In this document: positions 43,308 to 53,460 of the stretch, piece after piece
Layout: each line of letters starts with the position of its first letter
Position numbering within the stretch: the stretch's first letter is position 1
Virus record (IMG/VR): IMGVR_UViG_3300035703_000006
Location: 124,001-188,000 of that record
Strand: one strand, 5' to 3'
DNA: 64,000 nucleotides
The notes under the pieces: generated by a model
What the model saw: the letters and a program-made list of their open reading frames with translations, nothing else
Told to the model about the DNA's origin: nothing
Databases searched by the model: none
Made by a program: the position numbers and the translations under genes

Positions 43308-46300
43308 ATGCCTCTGTCAAGATTAGAGAATTTTTTAAAAAATGCTGAAGGAAATATTCTTTACGTAAATCCATCAGATTTTGATGCTACAGATAGTTAC
43401 GAAAATCAAGGCAATTCTTTAACTCGTCCATTCAAGACAATTCAAAGAGCATTAATAGAAGCTGCAAGATTTTCATATCAAAGTGGCAGAAATAATGATA
43501 GGATCGACAGAACGACTATATTAGTTTATCCGGGAACTCATTATATTGACAATAGACCTGGTTTTTCAATCCAAAAGCAAGGTGCTAACGCAATTTATAA
43601 AAAAAGAACTGGGACATCTACTTGGTCTGAGGTTAATTTACCAGAACTTAATGATAATACAAATTATGACATTTTAGATACAAATAACGATTTATATAAA
43701 TTTAACTCAGTTCTTGGTGGTGCAATTTTACCTCGTGGAACCTCAATTATTGGATATGATTTAAGAAAAACAAAAATTCGTCCTCTTTACGTTCCAAATC
43801 CAGAAGATTCCTCTGTTGAAAATACAAGTATTTTTAATGTAACTGGTACTTGTTACTTCAGTACCTTCACATTTTTAGATGCAGATCAAACAAAGACGGT
43901 ATTTAGAGATTATACTGATAATCGTTTTGTCCCTAATTTTTCACACCATAAGGTAGTTTCGTTCGCTTATGCTGATGGTGTAAATAAAGTTGCTCTTGGA
44001 ACAGAGCAGACTGATTTGACCGACCTTGACATGTATTATTATAAGGTCGCAAGGGCATATGGTGATATCACTGGAAGAGGAGTTGTTGATTATCCATCTC
44101 TTACTGACTTTGAACCATCCAAAGATGAATTTAGAATTGTTGGAGAATTACAAGCAAATCCACTTGGTATTTCAAATATTAGTGGTGGTGATGGGGTCAC
44201 GCAAGCAACAAATGTAATTACAGTTACGACAAAAAATCTTCAAACAGGAGAAGAAATCCCTCACGGACTTTTTGTTGATAGTCCAGTATTAATTTCTGGA
44301 ATTACTACAGATGCTGCAACATTTAATGGATCTTTTACAGTTAGAGAAGTTGTTGGATTATCCACTTTTACTTACACTTCAACCTCTTCACCGACAAATC
44401 CCAACCCACAAGTTGCGAATTATGAAACTGGTATCGTAACAATTGAGGCAGATAGTGTAAGTTCTGCATCTCCTTATGTATTTAATTGTTCAATCCGTTC
44501 TGCATATGGATTGTGCGGAATGTGGGCAGATGGCAATAAAGCAGATGGTTTTAAAAGTATGGTTGTTGCCCAGTTTACTGGGGTATCTCTACAAAAAGAC
44601 GATAATGCTTTCATTATTTACAATAAAACCACAGGAAAATATGAAGGTAATGATATCTTAGCATTAACAAGTAATGAAAGACCATTACACATAAATGGTA
44701 ATGCAATTTACAAACCAGATTATGAAAGTTATCATATTCGTGTCTCAAATAATGGTTTCGTTCAGTGCGTTTCTATCTTTGCTATTGGTTTTGCAAAACA
44801 TTTTATAACTGAATCTGGTGGTGATATGAGCATCACCAACTCAAACTCAAATTTTGGTGCAATTTCTCTTGAATCTGTTGGATATAGAAATGAATCATTC
44901 GATAGAGATGATGTTGGTTATATCACTCACATTATACCACCTAAAGAAGTAGATGAACCAGAAACTAATATTAATTGGTTACCACTTGATGTATCAAAAA
45001 CTATTTCAGTAGGTTCTGTAGAAAAATTATATCTTTATAATTACAAAGATAAAGAATTTTCACCATCAAAAGACGTAGATGGATTTAAAATTGGTGCAAA
45101 GATAAGTGATAAATTAAATCTGAATATAACAATTGGAACTGCACAAACTGTTTATAGTTCTCCAATATTGATGCCAGTTTCCTCTGGAGTTGGAGTTACT
45201 GCAAGAAAGTCATATCAAGTAACTAGAACTGCTGGCAATTTAAATAGTATCTCTAATAATGTTTTAACTTTAAATACTAATCATCAATTAATTAATGGAG
45301 AGAGTGTTAGAATTTTTTCAGATACTGGTGAAGTTCCAAATGGAATTTCAGTAAATACAGTTGCGTATGCAATTACAACTGGATTAGCAGCAAATCAAAT
45401 CAAACTCGCTTATTCATTAAATGATGCAATTGCACAAAATGAAATAAAAGGAATTAATGATAGGGGTGGAATTCTTACTATTGTAAGTTCAGTAACTGAT
45501 AAAAAACCTGGAGAAATTGGAAGTCCTATACAATATGATGATGCAAATGGACAATGGTACATTTTAAGCAGTAATTCATATGACAATCAAATCTATTCTT
45601 CCATTGTTGGATTTGGAACAACATCGTTAGGGAACGAAACTTCATCTACATTTTTAAAAAGAAAATTAGATAATCGTGCCATTCAAGATAGAATTTATAA
45701 AATAAGATATGTAGTCCCAAAAGAGTTCACTAATGCAAGACCACCACAAGCAGGATTTGTATTACAAGAATCAAAAAGTGTAGGAATTAGTTCTATTTCT
45801 TTTAATTATAATCAAGAAATTACTAATTTAACTCCACCAGCATATTTAAGAAATGAAAAAATTGTAACAAACGCAGTAGTTGGTGCTTTATCTGGAGGAA
45901 AACAAACAGTAACTATTACGACAGAAAAACCTCATAAGTTTTTTGTTGGAGATAAAGTTAAGATTCAAAGAGTTAAGAGTACAAATAACCCCTCTGCAGT
46001 TGGAATTACTTCATCTTATAATGGATCATATGTAATTAATTCTGTACCAAGTTCTAAAACTTTTACTTATGAAATTTCTGGAGTAAAAGTAAATCCAGGA
46101 ACATTTTCTACTTTAATTAATGAAAGAGATACAAATCAAGAAAGAAAAGATATACCTCTAGTTTCTAGAGAGCAATATAAGAATGATTTTTACATTTATA
46201 GAGTAGATACAATCAGACCTCATATTCCTGGAGTAAATGGTCAAGATGGCGTATATAATTTAATTATTTTAGCATCCAACATCTCTCCGTCTTCGGATAT

Positions 46301-49300
46301 AGGATACAATCTTTCAAGCAAAGCATTTAATCAAGATGTAAGGAATTTATATCCACAAATTGATCGTGATAATTTCAATTCAGACCCGTCAGAAGTAGTT
46401 AGTTACGCTGATGCATCTGTAATAGGAAAAGTTGTAACTGATGATAAAAGAAAATCTATTACAAGAGAAACAATAAACTCTTTTATAAAAAATTCAAATA
46501 TTGGATTTGGAATTACTGGAGTAGTTGCATCAGGAACTGGATATACAACAATCACATTACATACAAATGTTGAGCACAATTTAAATTCAATTAAATCAAT
46601 AACCATAAAAGATGCTGTTTCGGGGATATCTTCTGGTGCTGGATATGGTAATACTACAATATACTCTGCATCTTTGGTTGGAGGAACTGGTCAGGATGCT
46701 TCTCTTTATGTTCCTGTTGTTGGTTCAACTGGAACAATCAATGCAAATTCAATTAAAATAGTTGATCGAGGATCAGTTTATTCTGTAGGAGACGTTTTGG
46801 ATGTCTCTGGTCCATCCGGGATTACTCCAACAATATATGCAAAGGCAGAAGTCCTGGAAATCAATAATAATGTTGGAGATGCCCTAGAAATACGTGGATT
46901 TAACACCACAGAAATGGATGGTGTTTATAAAATTATAAGTGTTCCATCTGCAAAGTCTATTCAAATTTATGTTCCAAGCGGAGTTCCATCATATCAATCA
47001 AATACGAATGGAAGAATTCCTTTGGCAATGTTATCATCTAAAGGAGTTGGAATTAATTCATTCAGATTTGATAATGTTAATACTGGAATAGTTACAGTTA
47101 CAACAGAAATTGCTCACGGATTGTTAAGGGGAAATAAATTTACAATTGTTGGTAGTGGACATACAATTTATGACAAAACATTTGTTGTAAAAGAGAATGT
47201 TGGATTGACCACATTTACCTTTAATGTTGGTATTGTAACACAAACCAAAATATCAACCACTGGAACATTACTTAAGCACTCTTTAAGTGCTAATGAATTA
47301 GTTCTGACAAGGGGCGAGGACAATCTTGGATCTAGAGCATCTTATTTTTATGCTGGAATCACAACAACCATTTCTGCATCAATAAGTGTATCGGATCTAA
47401 CAATTACATTGACAAGTTCCAAAGGATTTGAACGTGGAGATTATATTGCCATAAACAATGAAATTATTCGTCTTGCAAATTCAACATCTACGAATACTTT
47501 TAATGTTCTTCGTGGTGCATTCAGTACATTTAAAACTACTGCAGAAGCAGGAACTCAAGTTAAGAAAATAAGTATAATGCCAATGGAGGTTCGTAGACCT
47601 TCATTTATGAGAGCATCTGGCCATACTTTTGAATATCTTGGATATGGACCAGGAAACTATTCTACTGGTATGCCACAAAAGCAAACTAGAATTTTAACAG
47701 AAGATGATGTTCTTGTATCGCAGGCAAGAAAGCAAAAAGGTGGAGTAGTCGTTTATACTGGAATGAATGATGTTGGTGAATTTTATTCTGGTGCTAAAAA
47801 GTTAAGTTCCTCAACTGGTGAAGAAAAAATTGTTGAAGCACCAATTATCAGTTATACAGGAGACGATGCTGAAGGGACTAACACAAATAAACTAGATGTA
47901 ACTTTTGATAATATTTTGGCAAGAGGAAGAATTACTATTGAAGGTGGTGAAGGAGCAAGAGAAACAAGTCAATTTTATGGTCCAGTAAGTTTTAGTAAAA
48001 AAGTTGTAAGTACTTCTGATGAAGGTATCATATCCAAAAATCTTTATATCAGTGGGGATACATCATCTAATAAGTTAATCACAGTTGGATTATCAACACC
48101 AACTAGTGCAAATTTAGTAAATAGTGGTAATATATCTCTTAAATCACTTCCAAATGATGGTTATATTGGTCAAGTTTATATTGATAATGAATGGAAAAAA
48201 TTTGGTTTAATTAGCCAATCTAAAGACATTTTAGACCTTAAGGTTGATAAAATTGGAATTGGAAATTCCAATTTATTTTTAAATGCAGCAGATTCTGGAG
48301 TAAATAATGCAATATTTTATGTTGGAGGAAAGGCAAAGTTTAGAGATGTCGTATTTTCTGGAAATGTTGACATTGAATCTGGAGTCACATTAGATAATGT
48401 TACTTTTAATAGTATAAATGTTAGAAAAACTGCTTTCTTTAGTGGTGTTGGTGGAGGTGGAACTTCTTATGCAATTTATGTTTATGATCCAGGAACTTTA
48501 GTTCCTTTTGGTGCTGGAACAACAAATGCCCCAAGACTTAGAAGTAGATTCTATGATTTAGAAGTTGCTGGAGTTTCTACATTTACAAGTGGTCTTGTTG
48601 GAATAGGAACTACAACCTTTACAGGTACTTCCAATCAATTGCTGCAGGTAAATGGAGGTGCTTACTTTAGTGGTTCTGTCGGAATTGGAATCACAAATCC
48701 ATCTGAAAAACTTGTTTCATTTGGTGATGTTGGAATACATACGAGTTTAAATTTATATTCACCAACTCAACAAAAAAGAGCATCATTACAAGCAGTAGAG
48801 GCAACACAAAAGTATAAATCTGGACTAGTTATTAATGTTCCTGATGGTGATGAGATTGCTATCTCTGATGGGGAAACTACTAATGTAGTTATAACTGGTT
48901 CTGGTTCTGTTGGAGTTGGAACAACAAATCTATCATCAAAACTACAAGTACACGGAACAATTGGAATATCTTCTTCTGGAGATACTGAACAAATTGTTTC
49001 TGGTGGAAGAACAAAACTTTCATCTAATAGCACTACTGGATTTATTATTAATCAAACTGACTCTAATGATATAATTTTACAAAACCAAGGAACTGAAAGA
49101 CTTAGAGTTGGTGCTGCAAGAACAGCAACTTATACAAGCAATAGTAATGATAGTGACTTAAAGGGAAGTCACTTTAAACTTAAAAACACAGGAATAGGAG
49201 ATGTTATTTTATCTTGGTTTGCAGATGACGCAAGCAATCAAAGATGGTATTCTGGAATTGATGTAAGTGATTCTTATTCTTGGAAATTAGCAAGTCCAAA

Positions 49301-50981
49301 TAGTTCTGTTGCTTTAGGACAAGAAAACTTTGATTCTGTTGGTGAAAATTCAGCAAGAAATCAAATTGAAACAAAACTAAGAGTTAATGGTGATGGCGAT
49401 TTAAGTGTTCTTGGTTCTTTAACTTTGAGAGGTCTGAATACACCACCAAGACTTGAAGTTAATTCAGTTGGTGTTGCAACTATTAGAGGAAGTTTAAATC
49501 TTTCCAATCTTACTAACACAAGTGGAGCAACATTAGCAGTATCCGATATTACAATTAATACTGATAGATTCATTGTTGCAGGAAATACAGGAAACATTAC
49601 TACGAAAGGAACAATTGTTTCTGATGGGGCACTTACAGTAAATTCGGCAAATCAATCAGTATTTGGAGGAAGTCTTGGAGTTACTGGTGCGATAACTGCT
49701 GGTTCATTTGTAAAAACAAATGGTGGTTCTTTGGGTGGAATTTCAAACATATTGAGAGCAGATGGAAGTGATACTGAATTAAAAGAACTAGATATCCTAA
49801 ATGCTCTAGGATACAAACCTTCTCCCCCAATTGCAACATCATCTTTACCAACAGGCAATTCTGAATTATTAAACGATATTGGTGTATTTTTTAATGGGAC
49901 AAATACAATATTTGCATTAAAAAGAAGATATTTCATAGAAGGTACTACACAATTTCAATCATATATTCCCCTCGGTCCTGATAACTTGATAGTTTCTTTA
50001 GGTGGTGTAATACAAAGACCATCTACTGATTACGAGTTGGAGACATCTGTTGTAAATGGGGCAGTAGTTTATACTGGGAATATTAGATTTATAGAGGCAC
50101 CTCCTGCTTCTCTTAAAAATGAATGTTTTATTCTTGCTCTTGGTGGTCAAGGAAGTCTTCTTAATAATGTAGATTGGGAAAGTGAAGGTGATATTGCTGT
50201 TGGAATACAAAATAATTCCGCAAAAATACTTCCAATTGGAACCAACAATCAAGTGCTTATTGTTGATACAACTATAGGAAATATTGGCAAATTGAAGTGG
50301 TCAAACGATTTAGATATTAATAATTTAACAGTCAATAATAATTTAACAGTCAAAGGAAACTTTACGTTAGGGGATCAAAGTACAGATATTATTACAATCA
50401 ATTCTCTAACAACAGCAAATGAAAAAATTGAAATTGCACAAAACAAATATTTAAAAGTTGGAAATGCCCATTTATCTTCTGGTGGAGACTATGTGCATTT
50501 AGCAAATAATGAATGGTATAATGGAACTGCTTGGACACAAAGTGCAAATGGTGCATTATTTCAAATTACTGGACAAACCTTTAATTGGTATAAGTTCACT
50601 AATGGAAATCAAAATCATACCAGTTTAATGAGTCTTGATGCATCTGGAAATCTCTCAGTAACAAATGATATTACTGCATTTGCGTCTGATATTAGACTTA
50701 AAACTAATATTGAACCGATCAAAAATGCTCTGAATAAAGTCCTTAAACTTCATGGATTTACTTATAATTTTAATGAAAAAGGCAAAGAACTTGGGTTTGA
50801 TACTAATAGTCGTTATGTTGGAGTTTCTGCTCAAGACATTCAAGCAGTTCTTCCTGAAGCAGTTAAGCCTGCTCCATCGAATGAAAATTATATTACGGTT
50901 CAATATGAGAAGATTGTTCCATTGTTAATTGAAGCAATCAAAGAGTTGAAAGCAGAAATTGAAGAATTGAAGAATAAATAA
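43308..50981 (+). CDS. Giant virion/tail fibre protein, 2557 aa, with C-terminal peptidase S74-type chaperone
   Basis: MPLSRLENFLKN...; RASGHTFEYLGYGPGNYS anchor motif; C-terminal SDIRLKTNIEPI...GVSAQDIQAVLPEAV...LLIEAIKEL. Confidence 0.9.
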   Translation: MPLSRLENFLKNAEGNILYVNPSDFDATDSYENQGNSLTRPFKTIQRALIEAARFSYQSGRNNDRIDRTTILVYPGTHYIDNRPGFSIQKQGANAIYKKRTGTSTWSEVNLPELNDNTNYDILDTNNDLYKFNSVLGGAILPRGTSIIGYDLRKTKIRPLYVPNPEDSSVENTSIFNVTGTCYFSTFTFLDADQTKTVFRDYTDNRFVPNFSHHKVVSFAYADGVNKVALGTEQTDLTDLDMYYYKVARAYGDITGRGVVDYPSLTDFEPSKDEFRIVGELQANPLGISNISGGDGVTQATNVITVTTKNLQTGEEIPHGLFVDSPVLISGITTDAATFNGSFTVREVVGLSTFTYTSTSSPTNPNPQVANYETGIVTIEADSVSSASPYVFNCSIRSAYGLCGMWADGNKADGFKSMVVAQFTGVSLQKDDNAFIIYNKTTGKYEGNDILALTSNERPLHINGNAIYKPDYESYHIRVSNNGFVQCVSIFAIGFAKHFITESGGDMSITNSNSNFGAISLESVGYRNESFDRDDVGYITHIIPPKEVDEPETNINWLPLDVSKTISVGSVEKLYLYNYKDKEFSPSKDVDGFKIGAKISDKLNLNITIGTAQTVYSSPILMPVSSGVGVTARKSYQVTRTAGNLNSISNNVLTLNTNHQLINGESVRIFSDTGEVPNGISVNTVAYAITTGLAANQIKLAYSLNDAIAQNEIKGINDRGGILTIVSSVTDKKPGEIGSPIQYDDANGQWYILSSNSYDNQIYSSIVGFGTTSLGNETSSTFLKRKLDNRAIQDRIYKIRYVVPKEFTNARPPQAGFVLQESKSVGISSISFNYNQEITNLTPPAYLRNEKIVTNAVVGALSGGKQTVTITTEKPHKFFVGDKVKIQRVKSTNNPSAVGITSSYNGSYVINSVPSSKTFTYEISGVKVNPGTFSTLINERDTNQERKDIPLVSREQYKNDFYIYRVDTIRPHIPGVNGQDGVYNLIILASNISPSSDIGYNLSSKAFNQDVRNLYPQIDRDNFNSDPSEVVSYADASVIGKVVTDDKRKSITRETINSFIKNSNIGFGITGVVASGTGYTTITLHTNVEHNLNSIKSITIKDAVSGISSGAGYGNTTIYSASLVGGTGQDASLYVPVVGSTGTINANSIKIVDRGSVYSVGDVLDVSGPSGITPTIYAKAEVLEINNNVGDALEIRGFNTTEMDGVYKIISVPSAKSIQIYVPSGVPSYQSNTNGRIPLAMLSSKGVGINSFRFDNVNTGIVTVTTEIAHGLLRGNKFTIVGSGHTIYDKTFVVKENVGLTTFTFNVGIVTQTKISTTGTLLKHSLSANELVLTRGEDNLGSRASYFYAGITTTISASISVSDLTITLTSSKGFERGDYIAINNEIIRLANSTSTNTFNVLRGAFSTFKTTAEAGTQVKKISIMPMEVRRPSFMRASGHTFEYLGYGPGNYSTGMPQKQTRILTEDDVLVSQARKQKGGVVVYTGMNDVGEFYSGAKKLSSSTGEEKIVEAPIISYTGDDAEGTNTNKLDVTFDNILARGRITIEGGEGARETSQFYGPVSFSKKVVSTSDEGIISKNLYISGDTSSNKLITVGLSTPTSANLVNSGNISLKSLPNDGYIGQVYIDNEWKKFGLISQSKDILDLKVDKIGIGNSNLFLNAADSGVNNAIFYVGGKAKFRDVVFSGNVDIESGVTLDNVTFNSINVRKTAFFSGVGGGGTSYAIYVYDPGTLVPFGAGTTNAPRLRSRFYDLEVAGVSTFTSGLVGIGTTTFTGTSNQLLQVNGGAYFSGSVGIGITNPSEKLVSFGDVGIHTSLNLYSPTQQKRASLQAVEATQKYKSGLVINVPDGDEIAISDGETTNVVITGSGSVGVGTTNLSSKLQVHGTIGISSSGDTEQIVSGGRTKLSSNSTTGFIINQTDSNDIILQNQGTERLRVGAARTATYTSNSNDSDLKGSHFKLKNTGIGDVILSWFADDASNQRWYSGIDVSDSYSWKLASPNSSVALGQENFDSVGENSARNQIETKLRVNGDGDLSVLGSLTLRGLNTPPRLEVNSVGVATIRGSLNLSNLTNTSGATLAVSDITINTDRFIVAGNTGNITTKGTIVSDGALTVNSANQSVFGGSLGVTGAITAGSFVKTNGGSLGGISNILRADGSDTELKELDILNALGYKPSPPIATSSLPTGNSELLNDIGVFFNGTNTIFALKRRYFIEGTTQFQSYIPLGPDNLIVSLGGVIQRPSTDYELETSVVNGAVVYTGNIRFIEAPPASLKNECFILALGGQGSLLNNVDWESEGDIAVGIQNNSAKILPIGTNNQVLIVDTTIGNIGKLKWSNDLDINNLTVNNNLTVKGNFTLGDQSTDIITINSLTTANEKIEIAQNKYLKVGNAHLSSGGDYVHLANNEWYNGTAWTQSANGALFQITGQTFNWYKFTNGNQNHTSLMSLDASGNLSVTNDITAFASDIRLKTNIEPIKNALNKVLKLHGFTYNFNEKGKELGFDTNSRYVGVSAQDIQAVLPEAVKPAPSNENYITVQYEKIVPLLIEAIKELKAEIEELKNK

Positions 50982-51019
50982 TATTATACTTTGCTTTAAT
51001 ATTCCAATATTAAAAGATT

Positions 51020-51772
51020 ATGCCTACACCAACAGGAACTATTAGCGCAAGTCAAATAATCAATGAATTTGGTCCAAATAATAACACTAATGATCTTCCC
51101 AACAGAACAAAAATGGGATCTTATAGAGTATCTCAATCTGCAGGATTATATTCAAATCTTCCTCTTGATGCAGGAATACCACAAAGTGGTCCAATTAGTT
51201 TTAGTCAATTGAGAGGAAAAAGATTGAATGTGGTAGTAGATATTTCTGGAGGGGATGAATATAGAGTCAACATGAGATCAAAGTATGATGCAAATGCTGG
51301 TGTTGCTGTAATTGGAGGTTTTAAATCTAAACCTGCAGATCCAAGTCAAACTAATGTGCTAATTAGTATCAATAAAAAAATTGGATCTTCTGCTGGGTCT
51401 AGGCAACAAGTAGCATTGAGGACAGGTTCATGGGGAACCTCAACATTTCTTACTGTTACTTTAGGATCAAGTGCAATAATAATTGGAGCTGGTGGAAGAG
51501 GTGGTGATTTTACTGCAACTACAAACACTACACAAACATCGGTCCCACTATATGATAATGAGGGCAATCAAGTATATTATTATGATCCCGAAAACGACTC
51601 GTATTATCCTGCTTATACTACTGAGGAGACTACAACTACAGATTTTGTTGCAAATAATGGATCAACAGGATCTAGTGCCTTTGGGGTAGACTATCCTTGC
51701 ACTATTTTTAATTATGGTTATATACAAAATGGATTTGGTGGTGGTGGTGCTGGTGGATACAGATCAAGATAA
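51020..51772 (+). CDS. Fibre-tip-associated protein, N-terminal part of a Gly-rich protein
   Basis: TGTISASQIINEFG...GAGGRGG...NYGYIQNGFGGGGAGG; ends at a TAA in frame with the next ORF. Confidence 0.75.
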   Translation: MPTPTGTISASQIINEFGPNNNTNDLPNRTKMGSYRVSQSAGLYSNLPLDAGIPQSGPISFSQLRGKRLNVVVDISGGDEYRVNMRSKYDANAGVAVIGGFKSKPADPSQTNVLISINKKIGSSAGSRQQVALRTGSWGTSTFLTVTLGSSAIIIGAGGRGGDFTATTNTTQTSVPLYDNEGNQVYYYDPENDSYYPAYTTEETTTTDFVANNGSTGSSAFGVDYPCTIFNYGYIQNGFGGGGAGGYRSR

Positions 51773-51784
51773 GGAGGTAATCTA

Positions 51785-52171
51785 ATGAGCAAAGGTGGTG
51801 GTGGAGGAGGAGGTGGAGGCACCTCTACTGGTGGTGGAGGAGGTGGAGGCGCTGGTCTTCCTGGAGGAGCAGGTGGATCCTCTACAGGAGAGGGAGTAGC
51901 AGGACAAGGAACATCAGGATCAGGAGGTTCTGCTGGAGGAGAAACTACAAGGGGAACTGGAGGTAATGGTGGTAGAGAAGCAGGTCGTGGGGGTGATGGT
52001 GGTGATCCATCTCAAGGGCCACAACAAGGTGAGGGAACACCAAATCAAGGTGGAGGACAACCTGGGTCAAATGGACATGCTTTTGTATCCTTAGGGGGTC
52101 CTGGTTATTTTACTTTATTTAATTACAATATAATTATTGGAGACATAGCTTATAATACTTCTCCAGAATAA
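51785..52171 (+). CDS. Gly-rich protein, apparent C-terminal continuation of 51020..51772
   Basis: Same frame; GGAGGT SD 6 nt upstream; GGGGGGAG...GSNGHAFVS. Confidence 0.65.
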   Translation: MSKGGGGGGGGGTSTGGGGGGGAGLPGGAGGSSTGEGVAGQGTSGSGGSAGGETTRGTGGNGGREAGRGGDGGDPSQGPQQGEGTPNQGGGQPGSNGHAFVSLGGPGYFTLFNYNIIIGDIAYNTSPE

Positions 52172-52194
52172 ATATAAAAATCAGAGATAGATTT

Positions 52195-52536
52195 ATGAAA
52201 CTATTATTTAAAATTATTCAACATCTTCCAGAGACTGAACAAATTATAGTCAAATGTTGCAGACAAAATGCACCAAAACCAATAGATGACTATAATGCTG
52301 TTGCTATAGATCTTATGCACGTTGATTTAAGTAGCTATGAAAATTTTAAACACTCATTAATTATGAATTTGGTACATATTATCAGAAAACAGATAGAAGA
52401 TGAACCAATTCTTACGGAAAATGAATTTACAGAAGAGATAGATTCTGAAGATTTAAATGATTATGTAAATAAAATTATTGATATAGATTTAGATGAGATT
52501 ATGGATGATTCTTACGTTTTCAAATCAATGCTATGA
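52195..52536 (+). CDS. Hypothetical acidic protein
   Basis: 113-aa ORF preceded by ATAAATA. Confidence 0.75.
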   Translation: MKLLFKIIQHLPETEQIIVKCCRQNAPKPIDDYNAVAIDLMHVDLSSYENFKHSLIMNLVHIIRKQIEDEPILTENEFTEEIDSEDLNDYVNKIIDIDLDEIMDDSYVFKSML

Positions 52537-53024
52537 AAGCACCTATTTGTAGACGATTTCACAGAAAGTGTGAAGATTTTACCCTGTGTGTAAATATTGG
52601 AGAAAAAGGTTATGTTCTAGCAGAACATCCCAATGAAAGATACACACTTTTTCATTATGCATCGTATGGATCTGGAAAAATTGGAAAAATTTTTGAATCT
52701 GATTATACATTAATAGAATCAAAAAAATTAGTTGATGTTCGAGATTATGTAAATTCAGAAGTTGTATTTCAGGCACATGAAGATTTTTGTCTTATTGGAT
52801 TCAATACAATGGATAAAAATATTCATTGGGATGCTAAAGTATTGAATGTAGATACTAAAATTATAAAAGAAAATAAAAACTCTATATTAATTTGTCTAGA
52901 TGGAGACATGATTGTAAATGATAAAAAATTCAAAAGATATCATTATACGACTTTAAATTCTGAAGAAGAATATTATTTAGAAATGAATCAAAATACAGCA
53001 GCAATAATTTTTACTAAAATTTGA
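52533..53024 (+). CDS. Hypothetical protein (beta-rich, possibly cupin-like)
   Basis: 163-aa ORF, ATGA overlap. Confidence 0.72.
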   Translation: MKAPICRRFHRKCEDFTLCVNIGEKGYVLAEHPNERYTLFHYASYGSGKIGKIFESDYTLIESKKLVDVRDYVNSEVVFQAHEDFCLIGFNTMDKNIHWDAKVLNVDTKIIKENKNSILICLDGDMIVNDKKFKRYHYTTLNSEEEYYLEMNQNTAAIIFTKI

Positions 53025-53163
53025 AAATAATTAAAAACAATAATTTGAATACTTTAAAATGAAGACATATTATTTTCAATGTTTTTGATTTTTGACTTAA
53101 ATCACACAAAAATCTAAATGTTATTCAAAACATAAATATCCTCGTAGTTATTCTATATCAATT

Positions 53164-53334
53164 ATGACTAAAGAAGAAATGACGGAGACTCTAACAAAAA
53201 AAGCAATTAAAATTCGTGATGAACTTCTTGCTCTTGAGCAAGAATTCAATGTCAAAAAAGAAGAGTTCCTTAAAGTTCAAGGAGCACTCGAAGCACTAAG
53301 TAATTTGGAAAATGAAGAGAAAGAAGAAGAATAA
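53164..53334 (+). CDS. Small coiled-coil protein, 56 aa (not in ORF track)
   Basis: MTKEEMTETLTKKAIKIRDELLALEQEFNVKKEEFLKVQGALEALSNLENEEKEEE*. Confidence 0.7.
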   Translation: MTKEEMTETLTKKAIKIRDELLALEQEFNVKKEEFLKVQGALEALSNLENEEKEEE

Positions 53335-53337
53335 ATA

Positions 53338-53364
53338 AAAGGGATAAGGATATTATCCCTTTTA
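53338..53364 (+). terminator. Intrinsic terminator (perfect 10-bp stem)
   Basis: aaagggataa-ggata-ttatcccttt. Confidence 0.8.
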
Positions 53365-53460
53365 TAATTTAAAAAATGAAGTTCCTACTATTACTTTAGT
53401 AATTATAGAAACAAGGAAAAAATATCCATAAACTCTGAGGTTATTTTCTTCTAATACCAG

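Noticed and set aside
17263-51784. TAA recoding suggested by two in-frame TAA + 4-codon gene junctions
   Set aside because: TAA terminates many clearly complete genes here (e.g. thyX, g26, grx-region ORFs, the 2557-aa fibre); in-frame spacing has a 1-in-3 chance each.
53025-53460. tRNA or structured ncRNA in the AT-rich gaps
   Set aside because: No cloverleaf, T-loop or CCA pattern seen; only a small ORF and a terminator hairpin.
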